DNA of 64,000 nucleotides from an uncultured Planctomycetales bacterium (GCA_964595465.1 CAZQQI010000001.1:68952-132951); one strand, 5' to 3'. Positions 28,789 to 40,079 are shown, counted from the stretch's first letter. The notes: generated by a model not told the origin, from the letters alone. Numbers and translations are program-made.

Positions 28789-28930
28789 GAGATCCCCTTG
28801 GTTGGATAAATTTCCGGAGCCCACTCCGTTGCTTCAGGCCGGTAAGTCTTTGATAGCCAATGATTAGTATATTATACAAAAACAATTTCAGCGTCAACGC
28901 TTTTTAAAAGATTATGTCTCTATGATTTTT

Positions 28931-29189
28931 GACTCTTTGAAAAAAATAAATGAGTATGACGGATACGACAATGCTTTCGTGTGCTATTTTGCAGACGAAT
29001 GGCTCAGGAAGATCGGGAGAGACGCGTTCGCTCAAACAACCTCCCGAACATTTTTATAATGAATCGTTGGGTTCGGAACTCGTTCTGCGCGTCCCTCGCA
29101 ATCTTTTTTACCGCCATTCGAGCAGAAACTCGTTAAATACGAAACAGCACATTATCCTGTGTTTTACCCGCACAAAAGTTCATAGAGTC
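28931..29189. mobile_element. MITE-like element, copy 2 (259 bp), at the aroA stop codon
   Basis: TIR GACTCTTTGAA...TTCATAGAGTC (10/11); flanks TGATTTTT/TTATTTTT (7/8); homologous to 3365-3622. Confidence 0.78.
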
Positions 29190-30479
29190 TTATTTTTTAA
29201 TTGTCAGCCGGGCTCCCAGCGCGCTCAAGTCGCGGAAAAACCCGGGATAGGATTTTGTCACGCACTGCGCGTTCTTCACCGCTGCCCCCAGGCGTAACCC
29301 GGCGATACTGAAAGCCATGGCCAGACGATGATCGCTGTGCGAATCAAACCGAATATTTCTGTTATACTCCTCTTCCCGCCGGGGAACGATCGTCAGACTG
29401 TCAGACGTCTCTTCAACCCCGGCGCCGACTTTGCATAATTCCCGGCGCAGATCCGTAATGCGATCCGATTCTTTGGCCCGGACATGAGCGATATCCGTGA
29501 AGCGGGTTCTGCCGCGGGCGAACAGGCTTAGAACCGCCAGCACCGGCAGAAGATCAGGACAATTTTTTAAAGAAAACCGTCCGCCCTTTAACATAAACGG
29601 ACCACGCAGACGTATGGAGCGCGATGTCTTGACACAGGACACGCCCATCTTTTGCAGCAGACCCATAATGCGCCCATCCGCCTGAATTATGTTATCCTGA
29701 AGAGACCCATTAAGCGTAACACCAGAATCGGTCAACGCCGCGCCTGCCATAAGAAACGCAGCCAGGCCGTAATCCGAGGGAATGGTCCAGCGCAGACCGC
29801 GGAAACGCTGATTTCCGGGAATACGGAACAGCCGCGGACTGCGGCGGATAATCTGAACACCGGCACGCTGCAGAACCTGTATGGTCATCTGCACATAATC
29901 CTGCGAAACGACTTTTTTCCCAGTAACCCGTAAAACCGTGTCATGCGGCAGCGCGGGACAGGCCATCAGCAGAGCCGAAATAAACTGAGAACTTAATGAC
30001 CCGTCGATACGGATCTCACCGCCGATCAGTTTTCCTCCGGAAAATACGATCGGAACACTATCCTTTTCCCCTTTTCCTGATACGTGAACACCCAGCTGCT
30101 GCAGGACCTGCACCAGATGATGATTAGGACGCCCCCTCAATGAACCGCTTCCCACAACCCGCACAGGCTGTTCACGTAAAGCGAGCAGCGGCAGCAGCAG
30201 GCGCAAAACGGTTCCGGATTCATGGACATCGATCACCCGGGAAAGGGCAGCGTCCTGTGAAGCGGCAATCTTCCAACGATCCCCTTCAACCTGCATCTGA
30301 GCGCCGAGGGCACGGGCTGCCTCCGCGGCAGCCAGAGCGTCGTCGCATTCTGAAGGAGCTGTCAAATATGAACGTCCTCCGCAGGCCGCGGTCATAAAGG
30401 CCCGGACAGAGTAAGATTTTGAGGCAGGAAGCCGGACACAGCCTCGTAAATTGTGTGTCGGTTCTATCGTTGCGATCAT
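29190..30479 (-). CDS. aroA: 3-phosphoshikimate 1-carboxyvinyltransferase
   Basis: PASKS, ESGT, SSQFISALL, RAKESDR and DHRLAMA motifs. Confidence 0.95.
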   Translation of the reverse strand: MIATIEPTHNLRGCVRLPASKSYSVRAFMTAACGGRSYLTAPSECDDALAAAEAARALGAQMQVEGDRWKIAASQDAALSRVIDVHESGTVLRLLLPLLALREQPVRVVGSGSLRGRPNHHLVQVLQQLGVHVSGKGEKDSVPIVFSGGKLIGGEIRIDGSLSSQFISALLMACPALPHDTVLRVTGKKVVSQDYVQMTIQVLQRAGVQIIRRSPRLFRIPGNQRFRGLRWTIPSDYGLAAFLMAGAALTDSGVTLNGSLQDNIIQADGRIMGLLQKMGVSCVKTSRSIRLRGPFMLKGGRFSLKNCPDLLPVLAVLSLFARGRTRFTDIAHVRAKESDRITDLRRELCKVGAGVEETSDSLTIVPRREEEYNRNIRFDSHSDHRLAMAFSIAGLRLGAAVKNAQCVTKSYPGFFRDLSALGARLTIKK

Positions 30480-31291
30480 TGGGGAAGGATCACCTCGTCC
30501 CCTTCGGCTATTCCCTGGCCGGTCAAAGGCGAAACAAGATCCGCGGCAGACATTTCCGGCAGGACACGGGTGACTTTAACCTCGCCGACTGCTCCGCCTT
30601 CACGCGTGACCGTCAAAACAGTATCAGGGGTGATCCCGTGCTGTTCCCCTAGATCCACGATCACAAAATTCGCTTCAGTATCGACGGAGATCACACTGCC
30701 CCGCAGGCCCTCTTCCGGATTGACCACGATCTTTTTTAAATCAACATCATCCATCTGCGCCGCAGCTCCCGAACCGCTCTGTTCTTCCGTCCTGGTCTTA
30801 AACTCATCATATTCCTGCTGAAGGTCCTGATACTTCTGCTGAATGTTCTGATTCTCCTCCAAAGCCTTATCAAGCTCCTGCTGGAGCTGGGCAGCCCGCT
30901 CTTCCAAAGAAGCAACGGTGTTGTCCATCTCGTCTTTCAACTGTTTACGCGTATTTTTCAGTTCATTCAGAGCCGCCTGAAGATCCCGGTTTTCTTTCTT
31001 GATCTCTTCACGAACTCCTTCAACCACATCAAGCTCTTCCAGGATATCTTCGATCTTGGTCTCAGATTCTTTCAATTTTTTTTCCAGGATCTCTTTGGCC
31101 TTTTCTATATCAGCCAACTCTTTTCTGAGAGACTGCTCCGCGATGGCTTTCTGCTCAAGATTATACTCTGCTGTCTCCCTCAACCGCATTTCCTGAATAA
31201 AGAAAAAAACAGAGATCGCTGTTAAAGAGACCAGTAAGACCGCGATCACAACCAGAAAAATCGCTAATGCTTTTCCGGAATTATTACGCAT
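30476..31291 (-). CDS. Membrane-anchored coiled-coil protein with C-terminal beta domain
   Basis: N-terminal TM, ~170 aa coiled coil, and an FVIVDLG..G C-terminal barrel resembling FlgT-C. Confidence 0.7.
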   Translation of the reverse strand: MRNNSGKALAIFLVVIAVLLVSLTAISVFFFIQEMRLRETAEYNLEQKAIAEQSLRKELADIEKAKEILEKKLKESETKIEDILEELDVVEGVREEIKKENRDLQAALNELKNTRKQLKDEMDNTVASLEERAAQLQQELDKALEENQNIQQKYQDLQQEYDEFKTRTEEQSGSGAAAQMDDVDLKKIVVNPEEGLRGSVISVDTEANFVIVDLGEQHGITPDTVLTVTREGGAVGEVKVTRVLPEMSAADLVSPLTGQGIAEGDEVILPQ

Positions 31292-31390
31292 GCACTCCTC
31301 CTTTGAAATAAATTCGCTGTATAAGTATTATAAAAAAAAATGCGGGCAAGTAAAGCGGGAAAGCGAATTAATGCATTTGAACTCAAAGCC

Positions 31391-31975
31391 TTAATAGAAT
31401 ACAGCTTCGGCCAAAGAGGGACTCTGCCATAACCCGCTGCCCGCAGACCGCGCCTCTTGATATAATCGATCGAACTCATCGGCATAGCGGACATTGGGAG
31501 GAATAGGCATGGGCCGGGCATAACCGGCCTGAATGATCACGGCATTGAGCATCGTGTCCTCATCCAGATAAACATATCCTAACAAACGGCCGTATTTATC
31601 CCGGCGTTCAATGTCGAACTCCAACCGGACCATCTTCCCGCTGACCAGGTCACGGGTAAACGCCGAGGCCTTCTTACCCTGCCGCATGATCAGTTCGTCA
31701 GAAAGGCCGCTGCGGCGGGCATCCCGCCGGAGCTTGTCGCTGGGATAGGCCTCGGGAGAATCAATGCCGATCAGCCTTAGCTTTTCGCCGTTTTCCAACT
31801 GAACCGTATCCCCATCGTAAACATAGCTGACCCGGACATTCTGATAATCAACCGGCGGCCGGCAGGCCGGCAGGCCGGCAACCGTCCATGCGATCAGACC
31901 ATAAAATAAAAGGCGTTTTCCAATTCCCCTCCGGGCATCGTCAAATATCTGACATCTCTTTCCTGCAATATTCAT
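31391..31975 (-). CDS. Thermonuclease (SNase) family lipoprotein
   Basis: YDGDT, RLIGIDSPE, DKYGRLLGY and GLW motifs; lipobox LPAC. Confidence 0.9.
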   Translation of the reverse strand: MNIAGKRCQIFDDARRGIGKRLLFYGLIAWTVAGLPACRPPVDYQNVRVSYVYDGDTVQLENGEKLRLIGIDSPEAYPSDKLRRDARRSGLSDELIMRQGKKASAFTRDLVSGKMVRLEFDIERRDKYGRLLGYVYLDEDTMLNAVIIQAGYARPMPIPPNVRYADEFDRLYQEARSAGSGLWQSPSLAEAVFY

Positions 31976-32037
31976 AACGGTTGTACCCTTTTTGGGGCGT
32001 CTTTTTACTGAAATACGGAAAAAATGAGAAAGATTTA

Positions 32038-32071
32038 GTCGCTACATTGCTACCAGTAGCAATGTAGCGAC
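32038..32071. repeat. Perfect 16-bp inverted repeat with 2-nt spacer
   Basis: GTCGCTACATTGCTAC-ca-GTAGCAATGTAGCGAC. Confidence 0.9.
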
Positions 32072-32108
32072 ACCTGTTTCATCCGTTAAGATAAATTTTG
32101 ACAAAAAA

Positions 32109-33023
32109 TTATGCCGGCGTTTTCATTTTTAAAAACTCATCGGGGAGCGGAGCCGTGATCTCCATCCACGCCCTGCGGACAGGATGCTTGAAAGCGACCG
32201 CCTGCGCGTGAAGCGCCAACCGGGAAAAAGATCGGGGATTACCGTATTTATCATCTCCCAGGATCGGATGACCGATATACTTCATATGCACACGGAGCTG
32301 ATGTGTCCTGCCGGTTTTGGGAAACAAGGCCGCCACCGTCGCTGTTTCTCCGCAGCGGACCAAAACCCGGTAATACGTTTTCGCCGGGCGGGCGTCGGGC
32401 GCGCTGAACGACACGGCGCGTTTATCAAAATACCGGCTGTGCCTGGCCAGCGGGGCTTCAATAACCCCTTCGTTCAGCTCCATCTTTCCCTTGACGAGGG
32501 CGATATACTTTTTCCGGACGCGATGTTTCTCAAATTGCTTGGCCAGATGAAAATGGGCCTCATTATGCTTCGCGGCCAGGATCACGCCGCTGGTCTCCCG
32601 ATCCAGGCGGTGAACAATACCCGGACGTTCCGCCGTGTTCAGGTCGGACAATGTAGCGCAGTGGGCCAGAAGGGCGTTCACCAGTGTCTCGCTTCCCCGG
32701 CCGTGAACGGGATGAACCAGCATACCCGCCGGTTTATTAACAGCAATAATATCCGCGTCCTCATACAGGACATCCAAAAAGATCTCGCGCGGCTGAGGAA
32801 GATCAGGAGCCGTCCGCGGATCAGGGCGCTCAACAATAATCCGCTGTCCGGCGATGACTTTGCAGCGGGGAGCTACCTTCTCCCCCTCGACCGTGACCGC
32901 GCCCTGTTCGATCAGACGCTTAACCGCGCTGCGCGAGCAGGACGGATCCAGATGCCCGGCCAAAAATACATCAACACGCTGTCCCGCGTCTTCATCCCCG
33001 ACTATGAGATGACAGGTCTCCAC
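32109..33023 (-). CDS. rluD: RluD-family 23S rRNA pseudouridine synthase
   Basis: S4 domain, NKPAGM, HRLDRETSG and TGRTHQLRVH motifs. Confidence 0.9.
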   Translation of the reverse strand: METCHLIVGDEDAGQRVDVFLAGHLDPSCSRSAVKRLIEQGAVTVEGEKVAPRCKVIAGQRIIVERPDPRTAPDLPQPREIFLDVLYEDADIIAVNKPAGMLVHPVHGRGSETLVNALLAHCATLSDLNTAERPGIVHRLDRETSGVILAAKHNEAHFHLAKQFEKHRVRKKYIALVKGKMELNEGVIEAPLARHSRYFDKRAVSFSAPDARPAKTYYRVLVRCGETATVAALFPKTGRTHQLRVHMKYIGHPILGDDKYGNPRSFSRLALHAQAVAFKHPVRRAWMEITAPLPDEFLKMKTPA

Positions 33024-33753
33024 GCGCCCCCCTCTTATTCAGATAAAACAGCAGACCGCTGCCGACGATGAAGATCACCAGACTGATCCACTGGAACACA
33101 CTCAGCCCGGCCGTCCACTGATCATGATCGGCGCGGAAAAATTCAATAAAAAAACGCTGCACAGCATACAGGATCATGTACAGGGCGAAAACCGACCCCG
33201 GACGAAGCGCTGATCTCCGGCTAAACCTAAGCACGAAAAAAATCACCAGCAAAGCCGCTGATGCATACAGCTGCGTGGGATGCAGATGCGCGTCATGAAC
33301 CGGAAAATACACTCCCCAGCCGACCTGCCTGCCATAACAGCAGCCGTTAAGAAAACAGCCGATCCGCCCGATAGCATGACCCAAGGCCAAATACGGCGCG
33401 ATCAAATCCGCCATAAAACAAAACGACCACCCTTTGCGCCGGATAAATATTATCGCGGCCGCTCCGCCCAACAGCAGACCGCCCTGAACAGCCAGGCCGC
33501 CGTGATGGACCATGAAAATTTCCAGAGGATTACGCAGAAAAAACGATAGGTTCAGAACAATAAAAAACAGACGGGCCCCGATAATCCCGGCGATCACGGT
33601 CCAAAAGATCAGGTCATAGATCTCGTCCGGACGGATCTGGTGAGCCCGTGCTTCCCTGGCCAGAAACCAGCCGCAGACCACAACGGCCAGGGCCAGCATC
33701 AATCCATAAGAAAAAACCGTTAGAGGACCAATCCGGCATATGACAGGATACAT
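32992..33753 (-). CDS. lgt: Prolipoprotein diacylglyceryl transferase
   Basis: GARLFF, GRIGCFLNGCCYG, HPTQLY and RFFIEFFR motifs. Confidence 0.95.
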   Translation of the reverse strand: MYPVICRIGPLTVFSYGLMLALAVVVCGWFLAREARAHQIRPDEIYDLIFWTVIAGIIGARLFFIVLNLSFFLRNPLEIFMVHHGGLAVQGGLLLGGAAAIIFIRRKGWSFCFMADLIAPYLALGHAIGRIGCFLNGCCYGRQVGWGVYFPVHDAHLHPTQLYASAALLVIFFVLRFSRRSALRPGSVFALYMILYAVQRFFIEFFRADHDQWTAGLSVFQWISLVIFIVGSGLLFYLNKRGARGDLSSHSRG

Positions 33754-33816
33754 TTTTTCTCCTCACTGCTCCATTGCAACATAATATGATCTCACCACGG
33801 CGTAAATCAAGCATGC

Positions 33817-34302
33817 TTAACGTTTCTTGAACGCCGGCAGGCAGGTCCAGGCGATCAGAACCGCGCCGATAGTGATCGCGCTGTCAGCGATATTAAAGAC
33901 CGGCCAGACCCGAAGGTCAATGAAGTCCACCACATATCCATAAACGATACGGTCGATCAAATTACCGATCGCGCCGGCGAGGATCAGGGAAAACGCAAAA
34001 ATATAGAGCTCACTGATCTTCTCTTCATGACGATTATAATAATAAATATTGTAGATTAAAAGAATAATGGCGATCACAGGAATAATGATGAAGACCACCC
34101 CTTGGTCTTTAAACAGCCCGAAGGCAATCCCGGTGTTATGCACCAGAGTGATATGCATGATATTGCGGATAATTGGCAGGGATTCGCCAGGGGAAAAGAC
34201 ATCCGTGACAAACCACTTAGAGACCCGATCCAGAAACACGATCAACGTAACAGTGGTAAGAGAAAAAATAATATCGAATTGCGACCGCAACAGTTTTTTC
34301 AT
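33817..34302 (-). CDS. lspA: Lipoprotein signal peptidase II
   Basis: NTGIAFG, GAIGNLIDR, VVDFI and FNIAD motifs. Confidence 0.96.
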   Translation of the reverse strand: MKKLLRSQFDIIFSLTTVTLIVFLDRVSKWFVTDVFSPGESLPIIRNIMHITLVHNTGIAFGLFKDQGVVFIIIPVIAIILLIYNIYYYNRHEEKISELYIFAFSLILAGAIGNLIDRIVYGYVVDFIDLRVWPVFNIADSAITIGAVLIAWTCLPAFKKR

Positions 34303-34320
34303 ATCGTCTGCGCCCGCGGC

Positions 34321-34704
34321 CTATGCGTTCTTTTCAAGTTCTTCCTGACATTTCAGGCAGGTCTCAGCATAAGGCAATGCCTGCAGACGCTTCAGAGGAA
34401 TCACACCGCCGCATTCTTTACAATTGCCGTATTCTCCTCTTTCCAAACGGACAATCGATTCATCGATCTTATGCAGAAGCTCGCGTTCATTGGAAGCAAG
34501 ATTCAAGCTGAATTCGCGATCATACATATCTGTAGCCGCGTCAGCCATATGCATCCCGTGGCCCACAATATTTTCACCATTGCTCCCGGTATTATTATTC
34601 CCGTCATTGATATTTTTAATATCGTGCAGTAATTCGGCCTTCATTCCTTCCAGCCGCTTTTTGAACTGCTGGGTCTTTTTCTGATCCATACGTCTTTCTG
34701 GCAT
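34321..34704 (-). CDS. DksA/TraR C4-type zinc finger protein
   Basis: HMADAATD coiled-coil tip; YGNCKEC...RLQALP...CLKCQ. Confidence 0.9.
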   Translation of the reverse strand: MPERRMDQKKTQQFKKRLEGMKAELLHDIKNINDGNNNTGSNGENIVGHGMHMADAATDMYDREFSLNLASNERELLHKIDESIVRLERGEYGNCKECGGVIPLKRLQALPYAETCLKCQEELEKNA

Positions 34705-34743
34705 ATTTTTTCTCCTTAGATCAATTCAGTCCTCTTGTCGATG

Positions 34744-37557
34744 TCAACGGGCGGTGCCCTCATTGACTACTGCGGAACACCGCTCACAAAGATCCGGATA
34801 ACGCTCATCCGCTCCCAGCTGGCGAAAATTCCAGCAGCGCTCACATTTTTCGCCGTCCGCCTGCTCAATGATCACACGCGTCTGCGCGAACTGCGGGCTA
34901 ACTCCATCACTGACCTGAGCGGTCTCGCGGATCTCAACCTGAGACACGATAAAGGCTTCCGCGAGAAAATCAGCATGTTCCGTAAGATATTGAAGATCCC
35001 GTTCGCTGGCAGATTCAAATATGACCTTGGCCTGCAGAGAACTGCGCATATTTCCTCTGGCGCGCAGATCCTCGATCGCCTTCAGCACAAAGGGGCGCAA
35101 TTCAACCAGGGGTACAAAATCCCGGACCACCTGATCATTTTTCCATTGATCCGGAAGGTCGAGCCATTGCATAAGATGCACACTGTCAGCATCAGATGCG
35201 TCCGGATCACGAGGCATGGCCTGAGCCACTTCTTCCGCAGTAAATGATAAGATCGGCGCCAGCAGACGGACCAGATGCTGAACAATATAATAAAGAACAG
35301 TCTGCGCGGACCGTCTTTCCGGTGCCGCGGTGTGAGAAGTATACAGACGGTCCTTCAGAATGTCAAGATAAAAACTCGACAGATCATCATTACAAAACCG
35401 ATAAATATCCGTAAAAACATCCGCGAATTCATACTGATTATAATGCTGTTTGATATCAGCGACCCGCCGGTATAAACAGTCTAAAGCCCAATGGTCAACC
35501 GGCGGCATGTCATGATAGTTAACAATATGTTGCTTCGGATCAAATCCATTGAGATTACCCAGCAGATAACGCAGCGTATTGCGGATTTTCCGATAAGCGT
35601 CAATATCCCGGGCCAGGATCTCTTTGGACAAACGGACATCCTCGTGATAATGGCTGGCCGCTACCCAGAGACGCAGAATATCAGCACCATATTGCCCCGT
35701 GATCTCATCCGGTCCGATCACATTGCCCAGGGATTTAGACATCTTACGGCCCTCACCGTCAACCACAAACCCGTGGGTCAGAACAGCTTTATACGGCGGC
35801 CGATCTTCTATGGCCACAGCCGGGATCAACGATGATTGAAACCATCCACGGTGCTGATCCGAGCCCTCCAGATACAGATCAGCGGGCAGTTCCCGGTCCA
35901 TCATCGGGCCGATAACGGCACGATGGCTTACCCCGGAATCAAACCAGACGTCCAAAATATCAAAGGTTTTTTCAAATTCTGTGCATCCCGTCTCAGGACA
36001 GGTAAACCCTTGCGGAATAAGGTCTTGAATGTCTTTTTTAAACCAGGCGTCCGTGCCCTCCGTGCGGGCAATTCCGGCAAAATGCTCAATGACCTCAGGA
36101 TACAGGCGATGCGCGCCATCGGTGCCGACACATTTCAGCGCGGGGATCGGCACTCCCCAATGCCGCTGACGCGAGAGACACCAATCCGGACGCCCCACAA
36201 CCATACCCCGTATACGATCTTGTCCGGCTTCCGGGATCCACTGAACATCATGTTCCACATGATGTTTGAGACGCGCGCGTAATCCGTCATGATCGATGTT
36301 CATAAACCACTGCTGCGTCGCGCGGAACACGATCGGTCGCTTACAGCGCCAGCAATGCGGATACGAATGGGTAATCGTTTTGGCAAAGAACAGCAAACCG
36401 CGCTTTTCGAGATCTTCGACAATCCTGGGATTCGCCTTGAACACATGCATGCCGGCAAAAGCACCGCCGGCTTCAGTAAAACATCCCCGGTCATCAACCG
36501 GCATTAAAATATCAAGACCATGATCCCGTCCGGCTTCATAATCCTCCTGGCCATGTCCCGGTGCAGTATGGACCAGACCGGTACCGTCCTCACGCGTCAC
36601 ATAATCGGTATGGATCACCCGGCAATTCGCGGCCATGCCGAAAGGATGCTGGTAGCGCAACGGCTTGAGCGCTTCGCCCGGCATCTCGGCAATAATCTGA
36701 TGTTCTTTACCGGCCTCTTCCAGAACCCGCGAAGCAAGGGTCTTCTCCAGGATCAGCACCTCATCACCAATATCCGCAGCAGCATATTCAAAATGAGGAT
36801 GCGCCGCGACAGCCACATTGGCCAGCAGGGTCCAGGGGGTTGTGGTCCAGATCAGCAATGATACCGGCTTATCCGTCGATAATCCGGCAAGCTCTCCGCT
36901 GTTCTCAACCAAAAACTTCACATAGACCGACGGAGACGAGTGATCGTCATATTCCACTTCCGCCTCGGCCAGAGCAGTTTCACATTCCGAACACCAGTTG
37001 ACCGGTTTCAGACCGCGGTAAATGTAGCCTTTTTTGACCAGTTCAGCAAACGACATCAAAATGCACTGTTCATATTCCGGCTGCAGAGTCAAATACGGAT
37101 GGTCCCATTCCCCGAATATCCCCAGCCGCTGAAACTGCTCCCGCTGAATACCAACAAACCGCAGGGCATAATCATGGGCCTGCTTACGGAATTCCGCAGA
37201 ATCGACGTCGGACTTGCGTTTTTTCAGCTTTTTAAAAAGCTGATGTTCAATAGGCAGGCCATGGCAGTCCCATCCCGGGACATACAGGGCGTCATACCCC
37301 TGCATAGTGCGCATTTTAACAATAATATCTTTCAGAATCTTGTTCAGCGCATGGCCGATATGGATGTTTCCGTTGGCATACGGAGGACCGTCATGCAGAA
37401 TAAACGGCGGACATCCGGCCGATTTCTCGCGGATCTTTTCATAAAGGCCGTCCTGCTCCCAGGATTGCAGCATCTCCGGTTCTTTACGGACCAATCCGGC
37501 CCTCATAGAAAAATCCGTCTGCGGCAGGTTCAAAGTATGTTGATATTTGTTTTTCAT
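34744..37557 (-). CDS. ileS: Isoleucine--tRNA ligase (type 1)
   Basis: [34 protein letters not shown] and a C-terminal CERC...CERC zinc finger. Confidence 0.98.
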   Translation of the reverse strand: MKNKYQHTLNLPQTDFSMRAGLVRKEPEMLQSWEQDGLYEKIREKSAGCPPFILHDGPPYANGNIHIGHALNKILKDIIVKMRTMQGYDALYVPGWDCHGLPIEHQLFKKLKKRKSDVDSAEFRKQAHDYALRFVGIQREQFQRLGIFGEWDHPYLTLQPEYEQCILMSFAELVKKGYIYRGLKPVNWCSECETALAEAEVEYDDHSSPSVYVKFLVENSGELAGLSTDKPVSLLIWTTTPWTLLANVAVAAHPHFEYAAADIGDEVLILEKTLASRVLEEAGKEHQIIAEMPGEALKPLRYQHPFGMAANCRVIHTDYVTREDGTGLVHTAPGHGQEDYEAGRDHGLDILMPVDDRGCFTEAGGAFAGMHVFKANPRIVEDLEKRGLLFFAKTITHSYPHCWRCKRPIVFRATQQWFMNIDHDGLRARLKHHVEHDVQWIPEAGQDRIRGMVVGRPDWCLSRQRHWGVPIPALKCVGTDGAHRLYPEVIEHFAGIARTEGTDAWFKKDIQDLIPQGFTCPETGCTEFEKTFDILDVWFDSGVSHRAVIGPMMDRELPADLYLEGSDQHRGWFQSSLIPAVAIEDRPPYKAVLTHGFVVDGEGRKMSKSLGNVIGPDEITGQYGADILRLWVAASHYHEDVRLSKEILARDIDAYRKIRNTLRYLLGNLNGFDPKQHIVNYHDMPPVDHWALDCLYRRVADIKQHYNQYEFADVFTDIYRFCNDDLSSFYLDILKDRLYTSHTAAPERRSAQTVLYYIVQHLVRLLAPILSFTAEEVAQAMPRDPDASDADSVHLMQWLDLPDQWKNDQVVRDFVPLVELRPFVLKAIEDLRARGNMRSSLQAKVIFESASERDLQYLTEHADFLAEAFIVSQVEIRETAQVSDGVSPQFAQTRVIIEQADGEKCERCWNFRQLGADERYPDLCERCSAVVNEGTAR

Positions 37558-37614
37558 AAGCACTATCAGACCCCTGACCGTCCGGCGTAAGGTCCGACTT
37601 ATCCTTTCCGATAC

Positions 37615-38472
37615 TTATTTAATATATTTTCCGATCAGCGGTTCCAGCTCGCGTTTTTTATCTTCAGAGATCATATCCGGCGGGGTAATGATCGCGTACC
37701 GCAGAGCGTCTCGGGCGCTGAATTCTGTCATGGCGGCGATGCGCGGGATCGCCAGCTTAAGGATCTGCTGAGCGTTGACCACGTTTTTCTTCAGGGTCTT
37801 AATGATCATTTCAACCGAAACACTCTCGTGGGTCTCATGCCAGCAGTCATAATCCGTCACCGCGGCCAGGGTAGCATAAGAGATCTCCGCTTCCCGGGCC
37901 AGTTTGGCTTCGGTGGCCGTAGTCATACCGATCACATCTGCGCCCCAGGCGCGGTACAGGTTAGATTCGGCTTTGGTCGAAAACTGGGGGCCTTCCATAT
38001 TAACATAGGTGCCGGATCCGTGGATACCCAGACCGAGTTCTCGAGCTGAATCAGCCAGAACAGCCCGCAGTTCCGGTGCGGTCGGTTCACCGAAGGCAGC
38101 ATGGACCGCTAAGCCTTCCGTGAAAAAACTGGTCTCTCTTTTGAACGTGCGATCAATGAACTGATCGGGAAGAACAAAATCCAGCGGCTTGAGTTCTTCT
38201 TTCAGACTGCCGCAGGCCGAAACCGAAACAATGGCATCCACACCGAGCTTTTTCATACCGAAAATATTGGCGCGGTAATTGATCCGCGATGGGGAAATAC
38301 GATGCCCCTTGCCGTGACGGGCCAGAAAAACCACATCGATTTCATTATAACGGGCGATCATAAAGTTTCCGGAAGGCGAACCAAAGGGAGTAGCTAAAGG
38401 CCGTTCTTCTAAGACATTCAGGTCCTCCATTTCATACAGACCGCTGCCGCCGATAATCCCGATTTTCGCCAT
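37615..38472 (-). CDS. mtnP: S-methyl-5'-thioadenosine phosphorylase
   Basis: GIIGGSG, RHG, EGPQFSTKAES and VTDYDCW motifs. Confidence 0.93.
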   Translation of the reverse strand: MAKIGIIGGSGLYEMEDLNVLEERPLATPFGSPSGNFMIARYNEIDVVFLARHGKGHRISPSRINYRANIFGMKKLGVDAIVSVSACGSLKEELKPLDFVLPDQFIDRTFKRETSFFTEGLAVHAAFGEPTAPELRAVLADSARELGLGIHGSGTYVNMEGPQFSTKAESNLYRAWGADVIGMTTATEAKLAREAEISYATLAAVTDYDCWHETHESVSVEMIIKTLKKNVVNAQQILKLAIPRIAAMTEFSARDALRYAIITPPDMISEDKKRELEPLIGKYIK

Positions 38473-38524
38473 GATCAGCTCCAAAGTTAAAGGTTGAACA
38501 GCGTCCCCGCCTGAGCCCTGTACA

Positions 38525-39310
38525 TTATGTTTTTGCCAATTCCCTGCTTCTACGGCGGGCGGCCTTCAGGGCCTTTTTAAAAAGACCTCCGATACCTTCA
38601 GCAGCGAAGACCTTGAGTGCCGCCTGGGTAGTGCCTCCACGGGACGTCACCTTGCGGCGCAGGGTCCCGGCATCATCTTTCAGCTCCGCCAGCTGACAGG
38701 CACTGCCCTTCAGGGTCTGCTCAGCCAGTCTGCGGCTGAGATCTTCGTCCAGCCCCATCGCCCGGCCGGCGCCGGTCAGACATTCCGCGATCAAAAACAC
38801 ATAAGCCGGGCCGCTGCCTGATAAAGCGGTCACAGCATCCATCTGTTTTTCCGGAACTTCAACGACTTCGCCGATGGCGGATAATATCGTTTTTGCTTTA
38901 ACAATATCTCTGCGGGTCGCATAGCGCCCGGCCGCCAGCGCGGTCATGCCTTCTCCTATCTGTGCCGGCATATTCGGCATAGCCCGGATAATCCGCGGAT
39001 TTTCCCCCAGCCGTTTCTCAAAATAGCGCGTTGTCAACCCAGCCGCAATGGAAAGCACGATCGTGCGGTTTCCCAGGCAGCCGGAAAGCCCGGTTAAAAC
39101 CGCCCCCATATCCTGCGGTTTTACGGCCAATAAAAGCACGTCCGCATTCCGTGCAGCCGACGTCACATTTCCCAGGGTAATGCCGTATTTTCTTCTCAGG
39201 CGGGATGCGCGCCGACGGTCAGCTTCGCACAAAACTACATTATGGTTCCGGCAGACACGGCTCAGAATAGCCGTTCCCATATTTCCCCCGCCGATCACTC
39301 CGATATTCAT
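38525..39310 (-). CDS. proC: Pyrroline-5-carboxylate reductase
   Basis: GGGNMG, AVKPQ, RAMPN, SGSGPAY and VTSRGGTT motifs. Confidence 0.95.
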   Translation of the reverse strand: MNIGVIGGGNMGTAILSRVCRNHNVVLCEADRRRASRLRRKYGITLGNVTSAARNADVLLLAVKPQDMGAVLTGLSGCLGNRTIVLSIAAGLTTRYFEKRLGENPRIIRAMPNMPAQIGEGMTALAAGRYATRRDIVKAKTILSAIGEVVEVPEKQMDAVTALSGSGPAYVFLIAECLTGAGRAMGLDEDLSRRLAEQTLKGSACQLAELKDDAGTLRRKVTSRGGTTQAALKVFAAEGIGGLFKKALKAARRRSRELAKT

Positions 39311-39320
39311 AAACTCTCCT

Positions 39321-40010
39321 TTATCCGAAAATCGCCGAACCGATGCGCACCATATTGGCACCTTCCCGTATCGCGATCTCAAAATCATGGGTCATCCCCA
39401 TGGACAAATATTTCATATGGACCTTTTCCGAACCGGCATAATCCTGGTCCAGCCGGTCATATAAATCCCGGACTTCCCGGAAACAGGCCGAAATCTCTTC
39501 CTGCTGATCGGTCAGAGGACCGATCGTCATTAAACCCTGAACCCGAACATGAGAAAATTCGCGGATCTGCGCAATAAGCTCGGCAGCCTTGCCGGGTTCC
39601 ACGCCGGATTTCCGGGGTTCCCGTGCGGCATTGATCTGGATGAGAACATCCATGTTCTTGTCGGCCTGCCGGGCATATTTCTGAATCTCCCTGGCCAGCT
39701 TCAGAGAATCAACCGACTGGATCAGGTCAAAGACATCCACCGCTGTTTTGGCCTTATTCCTCTGGAGATGACCGATCATATGCTTGACACAGGCCACACC
39801 TTCGGCATCCAGAACTTCAAACTTTTTCGCGGCATCCTGAACACGGCTTTCCCCGATATGACACATCCCGGCACACACCGCAGAACGCATCTGATCTATT
39901 CCGGTATATTTCGTAACCGCAACAATGGTAACATCTTTCGGGTCTCTGGCGGACTGCCGGCAGGCATGATCGATCTTTTCCTGAAGGGCCTGTATTCGCT
40001 CTGAAATCAT
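39321..40010 (-). CDS. yggS: PLP homeostasis protein YggS
   Basis: [29 protein letters not shown] and VRIGSAIFG motifs. Confidence 0.94.
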   Translation of the reverse strand: MISERIQALQEKIDHACRQSARDPKDVTIVAVTKYTGIDQMRSAVCAGMCHIGESRVQDAAKKFEVLDAEGVACVKHMIGHLQRNKAKTAVDVFDLIQSVDSLKLAREIQKYARQADKNMDVLIQINAAREPRKSGVEPGKAAELIAQIREFSHVRVQGLMTIGPLTDQQEEISACFREVRDLYDRLDQDYAGSEKVHMKYLSMGMTHDFEIAIREGANMVRIGSAIFG

Positions 40011-40079
40011 GGCAAATACAGTACCATAAAAGCCCATAAGCGTCAATAAATCATAATAGACTATAATTCTTATATCAGT

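Noticed and set aside
28950-29297. 115-aa plus-strand ORF starting inside MITE copy 2
   Set aside because: It has no recognisable motif and runs antisense into aroA; it is better explained as incidental to the non-coding repeat.
31327-31354. A9 tract in a possible promoter spacer (phase variation)
   Set aside because: The tract is short, the -35 box is weak, and A/T runs are common in the intergenic DNA here.
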